A stretch of 64,000 nt of DNA from Microcystaceae cyanobacterium (GCA_041746575.1 JBGTGT010000133.1:42848-106847), one strand, 5' to 3'. Shown: positions 23,206 through 34,267, counted from the stretch's first letter. The notes: generated by a model not told the origin, from the letters alone. Numbers and translations: made by a program.

Positions 23206-24720
23206 ATGATGAACGGAAAGGTCTATCTTGTCGGTGCTGGCATTAAAACAATTGATGCTTTAACCCTAAAAGCAAAACAGTTGCTTTCGACAGCAGAAGT
23301 CTTAATTTATGATGATCTAATTGATACCCAAATTCTCAACTTAATCCCCCCTCATTGCTTACAAATCTACGTCGGAAAACGCGGTGGTCAACCCAGCACT
23401 CCCCAGACAACCATTAATAAATTATTAATTTATTATTGTCAACAGGCAAAACAAGTCATTCGCCTAAAAAGTGGTGATCCGTTTGTTTTTGGACGCTCTG
23501 AGTCCGAAATTACTGCTTTGACTCAAGCGAACTGTCCTTACGAAGTTATTTATGGGATTTCTTCTGCCTTAGCTGCTCCTCTGCTTGCCGGAATTCCCCT
23601 AACCCATCCTTCCCTTAGTCGTAATTTTACCGTCCTCAGTGGACATCAACCCGATGCGTTAAACTGGAGAGCATTAGCGCAGTTGGATACCCTAATTATC
23701 TTAATGGGGGGACGCACCTTACCCCAAATTATCGCTTATTTGAGCCAGAATGGGCGATCGCCAGCGACCCCTATTGCTATCATTCGTAACGCAGGCAGTC
23801 CACAGCAACAAGTCTGGATGGGAACACTAACAGATATAGTAGATCAAGTCAGGGATATTGCCCTTTCCCCGGCGGTTATTATTATCGGTGAAGTCGTCAC
23901 CCTACGAAAAATGTCTTCTCTTCTCCCCTTAACGGGTAAAACAGTCTTAGTTACGCGTACTGCTGAGCAGTCAAGTCAATTTACCCATTTATTGCGGCAA
24001 CAAGGCGCAACTGTCCTTGAAATGCCTGCTTTGGAAATTGTCCCTCCGTCAACTTGGCAACCGTTAGATGAGGCGATTGCTAAATTATCCACCTTCCAAT
24101 GGTTAATTTTAACATCCGCAAATGGGGTCAATTTTTTCTTTCAACGCTTAACAACCCTCGGCAAAGATAGTCGTTATTTAGGGCAAATTAAAATCGCGGT
24201 GGTAGGCAAAAAAACTGCATCGATTTTAGAAAAGTATGGCATTAAACCTGATTTTACTCCTCCCAATTTTGTAGCGGATTCTTTAGTCGAAAGCTTTCCT
24301 GCAACCATCGGAAATTTAAAAATTTTATTTCCTCGTGTGGAATCAGGTGGTAGAGAAATATTGGCACAGAAATTCAGTGAAAAAGGTGCAAATTTCGTTG
24401 AAGTTCCTGTTTATCAGTCAGTTTGTCCCCTAAATATTAACCCTCAAGCATGGCAAGGATTACACAATAAACAAGTTGATATGATTACCTTTGCCAGTTC
24501 TAAAACCGTACAAAATTTCGTGAATTTATTACAGCAAAAGTTATCATCTTTGCCCCCTTTAACTTTAACAGAATTACTCAATAATGTATTGATTGCTTCT
24601 ATCGGCTCCCAAACCTCAAAAACCTGTCAAGCTTTATTGGGAAGAGTCGATATTGAAGCAACAGAATACACCTTAGAAGGGTTAACCACCGCAATTGTTG
24701 ATAGTCAATCTCCTTCTTAA
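23206..24720 (+). CDS. cobA/hemD: Uroporphyrinogen-III C-methyltransferase / uroporphyrinogen-III synthase fusion
   Basis: RLKSGDPFVFGR, then HemD-type LILTSANGV and TFASSKTV. Confidence 0.93.
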   Translation: MMNGKVYLVGAGIKTIDALTLKAKQLLSTAEVLIYDDLIDTQILNLIPPHCLQIYVGKRGGQPSTPQTTINKLLIYYCQQAKQVIRLKSGDPFVFGRSESEITALTQANCPYEVIYGISSALAAPLLAGIPLTHPSLSRNFTVLSGHQPDALNWRALAQLDTLIILMGGRTLPQIIAYLSQNGRSPATPIAIIRNAGSPQQQVWMGTLTDIVDQVRDIALSPAVIIIGEVVTLRKMSSLLPLTGKTVLVTRTAEQSSQFTHLLRQQGATVLEMPALEIVPPSTWQPLDEAIAKLSTFQWLILTSANGVNFFFQRLTTLGKDSRYLGQIKIAVVGKKTASILEKYGIKPDFTPPNFVADSLVESFPATIGNLKILFPRVESGGREILAQKFSEKGANFVEVPVYQSVCPLNINPQAWQGLHNKQVDMITFASSKTVQNFVNLLQQKLSSLPPLTLTELLNNVLIASIGSQTSKTCQALLGRVDIEATEYTLEGLTTAIVDSQSPS

Positions 24721-24744
24721 CCTGTCCTTTTTACGACGTGTCAG

Positions 24745-25551
24745 CTACGATTCAAGACGCTTAAGATATTGCAGAAATTCCACCAATTCTTCATCGGACA
24801 ATAATTGACGCGATCGCTTACCATAGGTTTGAATGAGGTAATTCCGTCCTTGCTCCTGTGTCCAACCTAACCGTTTTAATTCCACATTCGTTTCGGCAAT
24901 AACGTCAGAAAAGTCCATCGGTTGCGAGAAATCAAGAGGAGGGGTTACCGCCTCAGCCGTTTCGCTTGTTTCTACCTCAATTTCAGGTTCTGCTGTTTCT
25001 TCAAAGCTCAAAGGTTTTTCTAAAGTGATTTCAAGATTTTTAGCCGCTAATCCATTTTTTTCTGATGCTGTCTTCGTCTCTGTCTCTGAAGGTTTAACTT
25101 CTTCCTGTGCAGTTTCGGCTTCAACCTCTGGGGAGGGAGGAGAATCAACTGCAGTTTCTTCAGATAATTGAACAATTTCTAAAGTTTCTTCAGATAATTG
25201 AACAATTTCTAAATCTTCTTTTTGAGAAGAATGACTGGATTTAGTGGATTTTTTCTTTTTTTCTGGCCCAGACGTCGGTAAAAGTTCAGGGAGAGAGGGG
25301 GCATCTGGTTCAACCGTCGTCGGAAGAGAAGTGGGTTGAGAAAGCGGAAAAGTGAGATCTAACGTTTCTAATGCTCTTTTTCGGGCTTTGTCCTCTGCTT
25401 CTTCGAGCATTCTAGCGGCTGCTAGCCCAGTCCCTAATGTAAGGCCTTGATTTTGCACTGAAACTCGAACCACATATTGACCAGCATCAATGGTCAGCAG
25501 TTCACTGATTAAACTTCCTTGAGGATAACATTGACGAAATTGAGTAAGCAT
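24745..25551 (-). CDS. Conserved hypothetical protein with low-complexity linker
   Basis: MLTQFRQCYPQGSLISEL; C-terminal RLGWTQEQGRNYLIQTYGKRSRQLL. Confidence 0.85.
   Translation of the reverse strand: MLTQFRQCYPQGSLISELLTIDAGQYVVRVSVQNQGLTLGTGLAAARMLEEAEDKARKRALETLDLTFPLSQPTSLPTTVEPDAPSLPELLPTSGPEKKKKSTKSSHSSQKEDLEIVQLSEETLEIVQLSEETAVDSPPSPEVEAETAQEEVKPSETETKTASEKNGLAAKNLEITLEKPLSFEETAEPEIEVETSETAEAVTPPLDFSQPMDFSDVIAETNVELKRLGWTQEQGRNYLIQTYGKRSRQLLSDEELVEFLQYLKRLES
25153..25213. repeat. Perfect 30-bp tandem duplication (LEIVQLSEET x2)
   Basis: AGTTTCTTCAGATAATTGAACAATTTCTAA occurs twice in tandem. Confidence 0.95.
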
Positions 25552-26055
25552 AGGAATAACAAATAGTCTTTCTGTACTAAATTGTAGGGCAAAAAGGAGA
25601 CATTTGGACAAAAAACTTGAGTCCGAGATCACAAAAAATTACAGTAAAAGGGAGATTTCTTGATAGAATAAACAGTTAGAGATCGTCAAGGGATTTGCGG
25701 GAGCGAGAAAACTGTTCTCATCTTAGCAATTTAAGGTCAACAATCCGGAATGATACCTATACGGCAAGTTGTTTGCGGAATCGGTTCCGTCCTTCCAAGT
25801 CAACACCTTACTATTATTTAGGATTGCGCCTACTGATTATCCCGTTGACCTTTGCCTTTTGCTTGTTTAACTATCAGGGAATCGGGAAATTTTAGCCAGT
25901 CAATCTACATTGAGTCAAGTTTTCCTGTTGATTTTATCTTCAACTATGCTTTTAATTACACGTAAATTTTGGCTTAAAAGCAGGTTATCTCGCTTAATTT
26001 CCAAATTCTTATTTATTTTATCAACCTCAGTGATTGAGACAAAGGATTACGATAC

Positions 26056-28299
26056 ATGGAATTTTCAATCGCCACACTCTTATCCTACTTCAGCGATGAC
26101 AAATTGGTCGCAGGAAAGATCCTCGAAAAAAAACTCGGTTGCGAGGATGAACAAAGTATCGAAGCCTTACAAATTGTGCTAGATGCTTTAGAAAGAATTG
26201 GGATTCTCACGAAAGAACGGGGCAAATACCGTCGAATTTATCCAGAAGGGATTGTAGAAGCAAAGTTACGCTGTTCGAGTAAAGGATTTTGCTTTGCCAT
26301 TCAGGATATCGAAGATGCCGAAGACATCTACGTCAGAGAAAGTTATCTCAGTCACGCTTGGAATGGCGATCGCGTTTTGGTCAAAGTCATCAAAGAAGGC
26401 AGTCGTCGTCGTTCCCCCGAAGGAGAAGTTGTATTAATTCTAGAGCGGGCAAATCCTTCTTTATTAGCGCAAGTAAAACAAGAAAACACTGATTTTCATG
26501 CCGTGCCTCTTGATGACCGTCTTTTGTTTGAATTAGCTCTAAAACAAAACGGCGTCAATCTCGATAAAGTGGTCGACCATCTAGTTCATGTTTCCGTCGT
26601 TCGTTATCCCCTGGCGGACTTACCTCCTGTGGGGAAAGTCACCCGCATTTTGGGCAGTGATGCCGAAGAAGCGGCCGATACAGACATTGTCTGCTGTAAA
26701 CACGATTTACCTCACGAATTTGCCCCAGAAGTCCTGAAAATTGCCGAAAATCTTCCCACTGAGTTTAGCCCCTCGGATCTCGAAAATCGCCAAGATTTCA
26801 GACCGTTTTTTACCTTTACTCTAGAACCTGAATTGACCGAAGGTTTACCCTTTATTGAAAATGCCTTCAGTATTGAACACCTCGCAGAACAAGATCAGTG
26901 GCAAGTCGCACTACACATTACAGACGTTGCCCATTTTGTGCAACCCCAGACATTACTTGACAAAATTGCTAAAAAAAGAGGCACTTCAATTCAATTAGGC
27001 GATAAACTCCTACCTTTATTCCCTGATGACGTTATCCGTCGTTGTTCTCTAATTGCCAATCAAGATCGCTTGGCAGTGACCATTCAGTTAACCCTCAATC
27101 GCAAAGGGGAAACCGAAGAATTTAGCTTTCATCCCAGTATTATTCGGGTTGATCAGGGGTTAACCTATCAAGAAGCCCAAAATATCTTAGCTGATTCGGA
27201 TAAAGCCCCCTCAGACCTTTATCAATGGCTTAATCCCCTTTTAATCAACCTTTGTCCTCTGATCAAAGCCCAACGGCTACAACGGGGCAGTTTTGACTTG
27301 GTTTCAGAAACGACTTTTCCTTATAAAGATGAAGGCCGCTTAGGAACTGTCTTAAACGACTCTCAATGGCCAATTCGCTCCTTAATTACAGAAATTGCCA
27401 TTTTAGCAGGCAAGGGAGTGGCCGAACACCTGCAAGCGTTGGAAGTACCCGCCATTTATTGCGCTCATCCCGAACCCGATTGGGAAGAATTAGAAGATGT
27501 CATTAAATTAGGGGCAAATTTAGGGCTAGAGATCAATTTATCCCCAGAAGAAGAAATTAAATCCCTCGATTATGCCCGCTTAACCCAAGCCTTCGCTGAC
27601 ATCCCAGCTCAACGAATTTTGAGCTTCATGCTACAAAATACCCTCAGAACGATTAAATATAATAGCCATCCTGCCGCTCACTTTGGATTAGCCTATCAAG
27701 ATGCCTACACCCACTGTGTTTCCCCCGGCCAACGTTATGCTGATTTACGGATTCAACGGGTGTTAAAATTAATTGCCTCAGAAGGACGCGATCGCCGCAC
27801 ACAGAAGACGAAAATTGGGGTAGATTTACATAGTAGTCGCTGTCACGGCCAAATTAACTGGAATGTGCTTCCGCCGGCGATTCAAGAGGAATTACTAGAA
27901 GATTTACATCTCCTCATTGCCCATCTGAACGAACGAGAAAAAGTGGCAGAAGATGCCGAAAAAGACTTAATGGGCTTGAAAAAAGCGGAAAAAATGAAAG
28001 AACGTACCGGAAAAGTCTTCCGTGGCCTGATCACAGGCGTTCAATCCTATGGATTCTTTGTCGAAATTGAAGATTTACTGGTGGAAGGATTAGTTCACGT
28101 CAGTTCCCTCAAAGATGACTGGTACGAATTTCGTCCTCGCTACAGTTGTTTGGTGGGGCGCAAAAATCGCATCGCTTACCGTCTAGGAGATGAAGTCGAT
28201 GTAGAAGTTAAAAGTGTTGATTACTACCGTCAGCAAATTGATCTCGTCACCGTTGGCGGGGGCAGTTTGCTCAAAACAGATGACTGGGAGGACGAGTAA
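26056..28299 (+). CDS. RNase R / RNB family protein (cyanobacterial Zam-like)
   Basis: Cold-shock domains, HFGLA..YTH..SP..RYAD, C-terminal S1 domain. Confidence 0.9.
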   Translation: MEFSIATLLSYFSDDKLVAGKILEKKLGCEDEQSIEALQIVLDALERIGILTKERGKYRRIYPEGIVEAKLRCSSKGFCFAIQDIEDAEDIYVRESYLSHAWNGDRVLVKVIKEGSRRRSPEGEVVLILERANPSLLAQVKQENTDFHAVPLDDRLLFELALKQNGVNLDKVVDHLVHVSVVRYPLADLPPVGKVTRILGSDAEEAADTDIVCCKHDLPHEFAPEVLKIAENLPTEFSPSDLENRQDFRPFFTFTLEPELTEGLPFIENAFSIEHLAEQDQWQVALHITDVAHFVQPQTLLDKIAKKRGTSIQLGDKLLPLFPDDVIRRCSLIANQDRLAVTIQLTLNRKGETEEFSFHPSIIRVDQGLTYQEAQNILADSDKAPSDLYQWLNPLLINLCPLIKAQRLQRGSFDLVSETTFPYKDEGRLGTVLNDSQWPIRSLITEIAILAGKGVAEHLQALEVPAIYCAHPEPDWEELEDVIKLGANLGLEINLSPEEEIKSLDYARLTQAFADIPAQRILSFMLQNTLRTIKYNSHPAAHFGLAYQDAYTHCVSPGQRYADLRIQRVLKLIASEGRDRRTQKTKIGVDLHSSRCHGQINWNVLPPAIQEELLEDLHLLIAHLNEREKVAEDAEKDLMGLKKAEKMKERTGKVFRGLITGVQSYGFFVEIEDLLVEGLVHVSSLKDDWYEFRPRYSCLVGRKNRIAYRLGDEVDVEVKSVDYYRQQIDLVTVGGGSLLKTDDWEDE

Positions 28300-28341
28300 G
28301 ATCAGCGAGCCGTAAACAGTGTGCAAAAAGCGAATTACCCT

Positions 28342-29100
28342 ATGAAAAGAACATTTTTGTCGACATTTCTGCCTTTTTTTCTGATTATTCTTTTGGGATT
28401 AACAGGATGCGTTCGCTATGATGTGGAAATTCAATTCCTAGAACAACATCGAGGCGAAATTATTCAAAACATCCAGTTAGGACAACAATTGACCAGCTTA
28501 AGTGGATTGGAAGCTCGAAAATGGTTAGAAAGTATTGAAAGCAGAGCTAAACAGTTAAAGGGTTCCGTTAAACACCTGTCAGATTCAGAGATGCAGGTAA
28601 CGATACCTTTTAGTAATGGTCAAGAAATGGTTGAGAAATTTAATCACTTTTTTAACCCGACTGCCGATCAAACACAAGGAAAGGCAAAAGATAACATCAA
28701 TCTGTTACCATTGAAAGCAGAAATGGACTTAGATCAAAGTAATTGGTTGTTATTTGAGCGAAATCGTCTTGATTTGACCGTTGACTTGCAAGGATTGGGG
28801 GTTTTATCCCAGCAAGGTAATGTCATTTTAAGTCCGGGCGATTTAATTGACCTTAAATTTGGTTTAAATAGCCCTTTAGGCGCAAAAGCCCTAAGCAACG
28901 AGACAGCAGAAACCCTGATCGGCATTAATCAAGGACGGCAAGTCACTTGGAAATTGCAACCTGGTCAAATTAATCATCTTGAAACGGTGTTTTGGGTGCC
29001 GAGTTATCTAGCATGGGGAACAATTGCCCTTATTTTCTTCTGTATCATGGGCTATTTACTGAAACATCGGCAATTTCCGGGGGTTTCTTCTGCAGTTTAA
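28342..29100 (+). CDS. DUF3153-like lipoprotein
   Basis: Lipobox LTGC; INHLETVFWVPS followed by a TM helix. Confidence 0.8.
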   Translation: MKRTFLSTFLPFFLIILLGLTGCVRYDVEIQFLEQHRGEIIQNIQLGQQLTSLSGLEARKWLESIESRAKQLKGSVKHLSDSEMQVTIPFSNGQEMVEKFNHFFNPTADQTQGKAKDNINLLPLKAEMDLDQSNWLLFERNRLDLTVDLQGLGVLSQQGNVILSPGDLIDLKFGLNSPLGAKALSNETAETLIGINQGRQVTWKLQPGQINHLETVFWVPSYLAWGTIALIFFCIMGYLLKHRQFPGVSSAV

Positions 29101-29164
29101 CAGACGATCTGATCCCCTAGCAAAGGCTAGTTATCATAAGTTTATTAAGGATTGATGAGCGATC

Positions 29165-29974
29165 GTGCCGAAACAACGCCTAGATATTTTATTGGTTGAA
29201 CGAAATCTTTGTCCTTCTCGTCAACAGGCGCAAAGAATGATTCGTGCCGGAAAAGTCCGTGTTAATCAACAAATGATTGATAAACCGGCTACCGCAGTCG
29301 ATAGTGAGGCTATTTTAGGTGTACAAGCCAAACCGCCTTATGTCTCGCGAGGAGGAGAAAAGCTCAAAAAAGCCCTAGATGTCTTTAAAATACCAATAGA
29401 AGGGCGTATATGCCTCGATGGGGGCATTTCTACAGGGGGGTTTACCGATTGTCTCTTGCAGGCAGGGGCAAAACGAGTTTATGGGGTAGATGTGGGGTAT
29501 GGCCAAGTCGCATGGTCATTACGGCAAGATGAACGAGTCATTTTAAAAGAACGAACGAATTTTCGGTATTTGACCCCAAAAGACCTTTATGGAGCTGAAC
29601 TTAGCGCAAATTTGGGGGTTATGGATCTATCTTTTATTTCCTTAACGAAAGTTTTAGAATCGCTTTGGCATCTTCTTATTGCGCCCAAAGAAGTTATTTT
29701 ATTGATAAAACCGCAGTTTGAAGTGGGAAAAGAACAGGTCGGTAAAAAAGGCGTTGTCCGAAACCCGAAAGATCACGCTCAAGCCATTTTCCGAGTCTTA
29801 GAATCGTCTTATGGGTGGGGATGGCACTATCAAGGGTTAGTTTATTCTCCCATTAAGGGGCCGGCGGGCAATGTTGAGTATTTACTGTGGCTGAAGGATA
29901 CTTTTACAAAAAATAGCCCCAATTTAACAGGAATCGAAGGCGTTACCCAAGAAGCCGTGGGGACAGATTTTTAA
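29165..29974 (+). CDS. tlyA: TlyA-family rRNA methyltransferase
   Basis: KQRLD, YVSRGGEKL, STGGFTDCLLQ, IKPQFE. Confidence 0.95.
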   Translation: MPKQRLDILLVERNLCPSRQQAQRMIRAGKVRVNQQMIDKPATAVDSEAILGVQAKPPYVSRGGEKLKKALDVFKIPIEGRICLDGGISTGGFTDCLLQAGAKRVYGVDVGYGQVAWSLRQDERVILKERTNFRYLTPKDLYGAELSANLGVMDLSFISLTKVLESLWHLLIAPKEVILLIKPQFEVGKEQVGKKGVVRNPKDHAQAIFRVLESSYGWGWHYQGLVYSPIKGPAGNVEYLLWLKDTFTKNSPNLTGIEGVTQEAVGTDF

Positions 29975-29979
29975 CCGTA

Positions 29980-30052
29980 TCCAGGGTGCAGGAGTTGAAC
30001 CTGCCTTGCACGAATTATGAGTTCGTTGCCTCAACCGCTCGGCCAACCCTGG
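29980..30052 (-). tRNA. tRNA with CAU anticodon (probably tRNA-Ile2, otherwise Met)
   Basis: Acceptor stem CCAGGGT/ACCCTGG, anticodon arm ACGAA-CTCATAA-TTCGT, T arm GCAGG-TTCAACT-CCTGC; no encoded CCA. Confidence 0.93.
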
Positions 30053-30125
30053 GTAAGGGGTATGTCATAATGAAATTCTATTATAACTGAATAGGTGAAA
30101 ATATCGAGGATTCTGGTTTAATGAT

Positions 30126-30527
30126 ATGGATGAATGGATTCTTTATAAAGAATTTCGCTTTGAGGCGGCGCATCGTCTTCCCCATCATGAGGGTAAATGT
30201 CGTCGCTTGCATGGTCATAGTTGGATAGGACGAGTTTATGTTAAAGGCAATACTTTGCAAAAAGAGGGTAGTCAACAGGGTATGATTTTGGATTATGGAG
30301 AAATTAAACAATATTTGCAACCGCTTTTAGACCATTTTTTAGATCATCATTATTTGAACAAAACAACAGGTTTAGAAAACCCGACCAGTGAAGCGATCGC
30401 TCAATGGATATATGATAAATTAGAATCTCTTAATTTACCGGGTCTTTATGCCGTCGAAATTCTAGAAACCTGTACCTCGGGTTGTACCTATCGTCAGGTT
30501 AAAGATTCTGCTCAAGAAATAAATTAA
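30126..30527 (+). CDS. queD: 6-carboxytetrahydropterin synthase
   Basis: FEAAH, CRRLHGHS, LDHHYLN, ENPTSE. Confidence 0.93.
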   Translation: MDEWILYKEFRFEAAHRLPHHEGKCRRLHGHSWIGRVYVKGNTLQKEGSQQGMILDYGEIKQYLQPLLDHFLDHHYLNKTTGLENPTSEAIAQWIYDKLESLNLPGLYAVEILETCTSGCTYRQVKDSAQEIN

Positions 30528-30529
30528 TT

Positions 30530-31477
30530 TCAGGTTTTGATGCCACTTACCTTAAAAATATCTATTACATTAGAACAATAATTTTTGAGTCCAAAGGTAG
30601 CGGGATTAACATATTTTTGGTAAGTAAAGTGACGATAATTAATACAAAAACGATCCCATGCGGCCATTTTTAGGTTAAAGACTTTGATAAAAAAGTTTGC
30701 TAATCCTAGTGTTAGAGGAATCTGAAAGTAGATAGTTTTATGGAGATATCGGCAAATCGCTTCTACGGTTTCGTTGGCTGTGAGGGGATTCATTCCTAAG
30801 ACTAAATCTTTGGATTTTTCCTCAGAAGGAGGATGATTGACTAAATAAGTAATCACCGAGGCGATATCTTTAGCATGAATGAAATGAAAACTACCGTCTG
30901 CTTTTAGCCAGCGAATTAAGTCTATCCACTTTACCACATCTTTGATTCCTCCAGATAAATGAGAGTAGGGTTTATTGGTTTCTCCGCCAAAGACTAATGT
31001 GGGAAAAACGGTTGTAATTTTTGGGAAAATTTCTAATTGATTGAGTTGGGTATAACACTGAAATTTGGTGCGAATATAAGTTGTGCCGATTGCGCCCGCT
31101 TCCCTAAGCGGTTGATTATTTTGATCTAAAATACTAGCGGTTGAAAAATAAATCACTTGTTCGCATAAATGGGGATCAAGATAATTGATTAATTCTTGCG
31201 TTTTAACGACATTAATACGATAGGATTCTTCTTCTCCTCCCCAACTGGTGGCCGCTAAAATAGCCACCTGAATCGTTTTCAAAAGGTTTTGGTATGGTTC
31301 AATATTTTCTAAACCGCCCCGTATAATATGAATTCGAGGATTGGCTTGATAATCAAATTGTAATTTATCTAGATTTCTAATCAATAAATAGAGTTCGTGA
31401 TCGGTTTTTTGAAGCAAATCTTCAACCATATAGTGACCGATACATCCACTCGAACCTGTAATAAAAACCTTTTTCAT
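30530..31477 (-). CDS. NAD-dependent epimerase/dehydratase
   Basis: ITGSSGCIG, YIRTK. Confidence 0.9.
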   Translation of the reverse strand: MKKVFITGSSGCIGHYMVEDLLQKTDHELYLLIRNLDKLQFDYQANPRIHIIRGGLENIEPYQNLLKTIQVAILAATSWGGEEESYRINVVKTQELINYLDPHLCEQVIYFSTASILDQNNQPLREAGAIGTTYIRTKFQCYTQLNQLEIFPKITTVFPTLVFGGETNKPYSHLSGGIKDVVKWIDLIRWLKADGSFHFIHAKDIASVITYLVNHPPSEEKSKDLVLGMNPLTANETVEAICRYLHKTIYFQIPLTLGLANFFIKVFNLKMAAWDRFCINYRHFTYQKYVNPATFGLKNYCSNVIDIFKVSGIKT

Positions 31478-31562
31478 ATTGATAAATTAAAGCAAATTAA
31501 TACAAAAATTAAGAGAAAACAAGCTTCTAACTGGTACTAGGCAAAATATCCGTGCTATTTGT

Positions 31563-33482
31563 TCACCCCTCATTTAGGCTCTTTATAATAACAAACGATG
31601 AAGTACGAAACCAGCGATTTCCATTTAAACGACGTAACCAGATTCCGCCTAAAACGGCAGTAATTAAACTTAACCATCCAAGGGTTGATTGTAACAATAA
31701 AAAGCCACCAATGGCAAACATTGAACCAAATAAAATTAGGGAGGCGGCTATAATTCTTAAGATATCTTGTGACAAATCTTGAGCCGGTTGTAACGTAATA
31801 TCAGGTTTAAAGTTCCAGAAACCACTGGGTTTTACTCGTTCATAAAAATGGCTTAAGGTTGCCTCGGATTCGGGAGGCGTTAATACCATAGCCGTTACCC
31901 AAAATAAAGTTGTAATGGCAGAAATTGCGCCTAATCTCAGTCCAAAATCGGCGAGCATTTCGCTCAATTGAGGAACAAGGGTAATGACTAAGCCGACACA
32001 AAATCCGCCTACCATTGAAGCCAACTCTGCGGCGGCATTAATTCGCCACCAAAACCATCTTAAAATTAACACTAATCCCGGACCAGTGCCAATAGCAATG
32101 ACGAGGCGGTACATAGTTGTAATATCTTTAGCATAAAAAGCCGCTACTGCACCCAATGCCGTCACGATAATTGAGGCAATTTGTGCCATTAAAACCACTT
32201 TTTGATCAATGGGTTCTAATTGTTGAATTAGTTGTCTTTTCTCAATTTCAATTTCTTCGGAAGGGAATTCAAGGGTTTTTAAATGCTCTAGCCGTTCTTT
32301 TAAAGCCATTGCTTGAGGATAGGCGAGGGGTAAATATAAATCATTAGCAATATAGGACGCTCCCCAGTTAATTGAAGTAGAAACCGTACTCATAAAAGCG
32401 GCAATTAAAGAAGCGACGACTAACCCTAAAAGAGCAGGGGGTAAAAAGTCTAACATCAGCTTAGGATAACCTAATTCTCTATCGGTTAAATCAGGATAAA
32501 TGACAACGGCGACAAGTGCCACTAATATCCATGGCCAAGTGCGGACAATATAGTGCATAAAATTAAAAAACCAAGCCGCTTTTTCTGCTTCTGCTTCATC
32601 TTTACATCCTAATAACCGTTGAACAAATTCTCCGCCGCCATCGCTACGACGAAATGACCACCATTGGACGAATAAATAGGCGGAAAAAGTGGTTGCCGTA
32701 ATTCCTGCAATATCACTCCACTTGAAGCTTAATCCGTCCCCTTTCACCAGAGGAATAAAAGATAAAATATCTATATCGGTCATCTCTTGAACTTGAGGAA
32801 TCAATTGATGAATTCCACCCACATGATTGACGGTGATAATGGCAACAATAATTGAACCTAGCATCCCCAAAAAGAACTGAAAAAAGTCGGTTACAACAAC
32901 TCCCATTAATCCTGAAACACCACAATAAACTAAGACGAAAACGCTAATACCAACAACACTCCAAATTTTGATATTTTCTCCCGGATTAACTCCTAAACTT
33001 TGCCATAGTTGTAAAGCATCTACGACTTTTACCATCGCTAGCATGGCATAACCAATGCCAATACAATTAATAGGAACGGCAAATAAAAAGGCTTTAATTA
33101 AACGCAGTGTATCCGCCATTTTACCGCCATATCTGAGTTTCGTAAATTCGGCATCGGTTGTCACCTGAGAACGTCGCCAAGAACGAGAAAAAAAGTAAAT
33201 TAAAATAACATGAGAAACGCCAAAGCTCCACCATTCCCAATTTCCAGCAATCCCTCTAGTGGCAACGACACCACAAATATAAAGGGGCGTATCAATGGAA
33301 AAGGTTGTAGCAGCCATACTGGTTCCCGCTAACCACCATGTTAGTTTTCTTCCTCCTAGGAGAAAATGATCGGATTGACTTTCAGATGGATCTTTTTTGC
33401 GGTTATTTTTGGCTAAATATAATCCTAATGTCATGGTGATAATTAAATAAATCACCACAATTGCCCAGTCAATCAATTGCAT
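31563..33482 (-). CDS. Sodium:solute symporter
   Basis: GTSMAATTF, AAFMST; many TM helices. Confidence 0.92.
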   Translation of the reverse strand: MQLIDWAIVVIYLIITMTLGLYLAKNNRKKDPSESQSDHFLLGGRKLTWWLAGTSMAATTFSIDTPLYICGVVATRGIAGNWEWWSFGVSHVILIYFFSRSWRRSQVTTDAEFTKLRYGGKMADTLRLIKAFLFAVPINCIGIGYAMLAMVKVVDALQLWQSLGVNPGENIKIWSVVGISVFVLVYCGVSGLMGVVVTDFFQFFLGMLGSIIVAIITVNHVGGIHQLIPQVQEMTDIDILSFIPLVKGDGLSFKWSDIAGITATTFSAYLFVQWWSFRRSDGGGEFVQRLLGCKDEAEAEKAAWFFNFMHYIVRTWPWILVALVAVVIYPDLTDRELGYPKLMLDFLPPALLGLVVASLIAAFMSTVSTSINWGASYIANDLYLPLAYPQAMALKERLEHLKTLEFPSEEIEIEKRQLIQQLEPIDQKVVLMAQIASIIVTALGAVAAFYAKDITTMYRLVIAIGTGPGLVLILRWFWWRINAAAELASMVGGFCVGLVITLVPQLSEMLADFGLRLGAISAITTLFWVTAMVLTPPESEATLSHFYERVKPSGFWNFKPDITLQPAQDLSQDILRIIAASLILFGSMFAIGGFLLLQSTLGWLSLITAVLGGIWLRRLNGNRWFRTSSFVIIKSLNEG

Positions 33483-33653
33483 AATATCGTCAGTCTCTAT
33501 CAGTTGTAAATGACATCTGTTTCTTCTTTCTTTGCGCTAATCAGTCTGTCGAAAATTTAACCTGACTCACTAACCCAAGATTAAGAATAAGCGATTGCTT
33601 ACCCAGAATAATAGCTTTAAGACGTTTTGACAAGGGAAAAGATTCAATAAAGC

Positions 33654-34265
33654 TTAAGGATTAACCGCTTGACTCTGCCATATCAAATCTTGATTTTGCC
33701 AATATTTCCAGCGATTTTGGGGATTTCCTCTTAAAGTTAAATGATCAACTTCACTCGGAGTCAGCAATAAAAGACAAAAATAGGATGAAGGGGGGATATC
33801 GGCGGATAAATTAGTATCAAATCTTTCTGACTCACTTTCTCTTGATTTTGCAGGATGTGGCCATGTAAATTGACTTCTTGCTTTATCAGATAGATTTTGC
33901 CAAAGGGTGTGTCTGACGGTTTGTAACTCAGAATTGTCTTCTTCGGCAGATATTAAACTCAGTTTTCCTAAAATGCGGAATTGCTCCCGGGTTTTGGCAA
34001 AATACCAACAAATTTCACCCCAAGAATGCTCAGCGATTTGCTCGACTTTTGCGCTTCTTTGATCGGTAATAAACTGTAATTGGTCCCTATGCTCTAAAAA
34101 TCCTCGAAAAACGAGAGTACGGTTAGCCGGTTGGCCGTTTTTTCTAACGGTTGCCAATTGAACATAACGACTTTGGGGCTGACTACGATTATGATGTAAT
34201 GCCGCCGATAAGGAAATTCGCCAAGCAGGGAAACGTTCAAGCATTTTAATGATAATTTCCCTCAA
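33654..34265 (-). CDS. FMN-dependent pyridoxamine 5'-phosphate oxidase-like protein
   Basis: QLATV...PANRTLVFRGF, TDQRSAK, REQFR. Confidence 0.88.
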   Translation of the reverse strand: MREIIIKMLERFPAWRISLSAALHHNRSQPQSRYVQLATVRKNGQPANRTLVFRGFLEHRDQLQFITDQRSAKVEQIAEHSWGEICWYFAKTREQFRILGKLSLISAEEDNSELQTVRHTLWQNLSDKARSQFTWPHPAKSRESESERFDTNLSADIPPSSYFCLLLLTPSEVDHLTLRGNPQNRWKYWQNQDLIWQSQAVNP

Positions 34266-34267
34266 GT

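Noticed and set aside
11547..30527. queG and queD as a 7-deazaguanine DNA-modification system
   Set aside because: They are 18 kb apart among housekeeping genes with no dpdA-like gene; ordinary queuosine synthesis explains them
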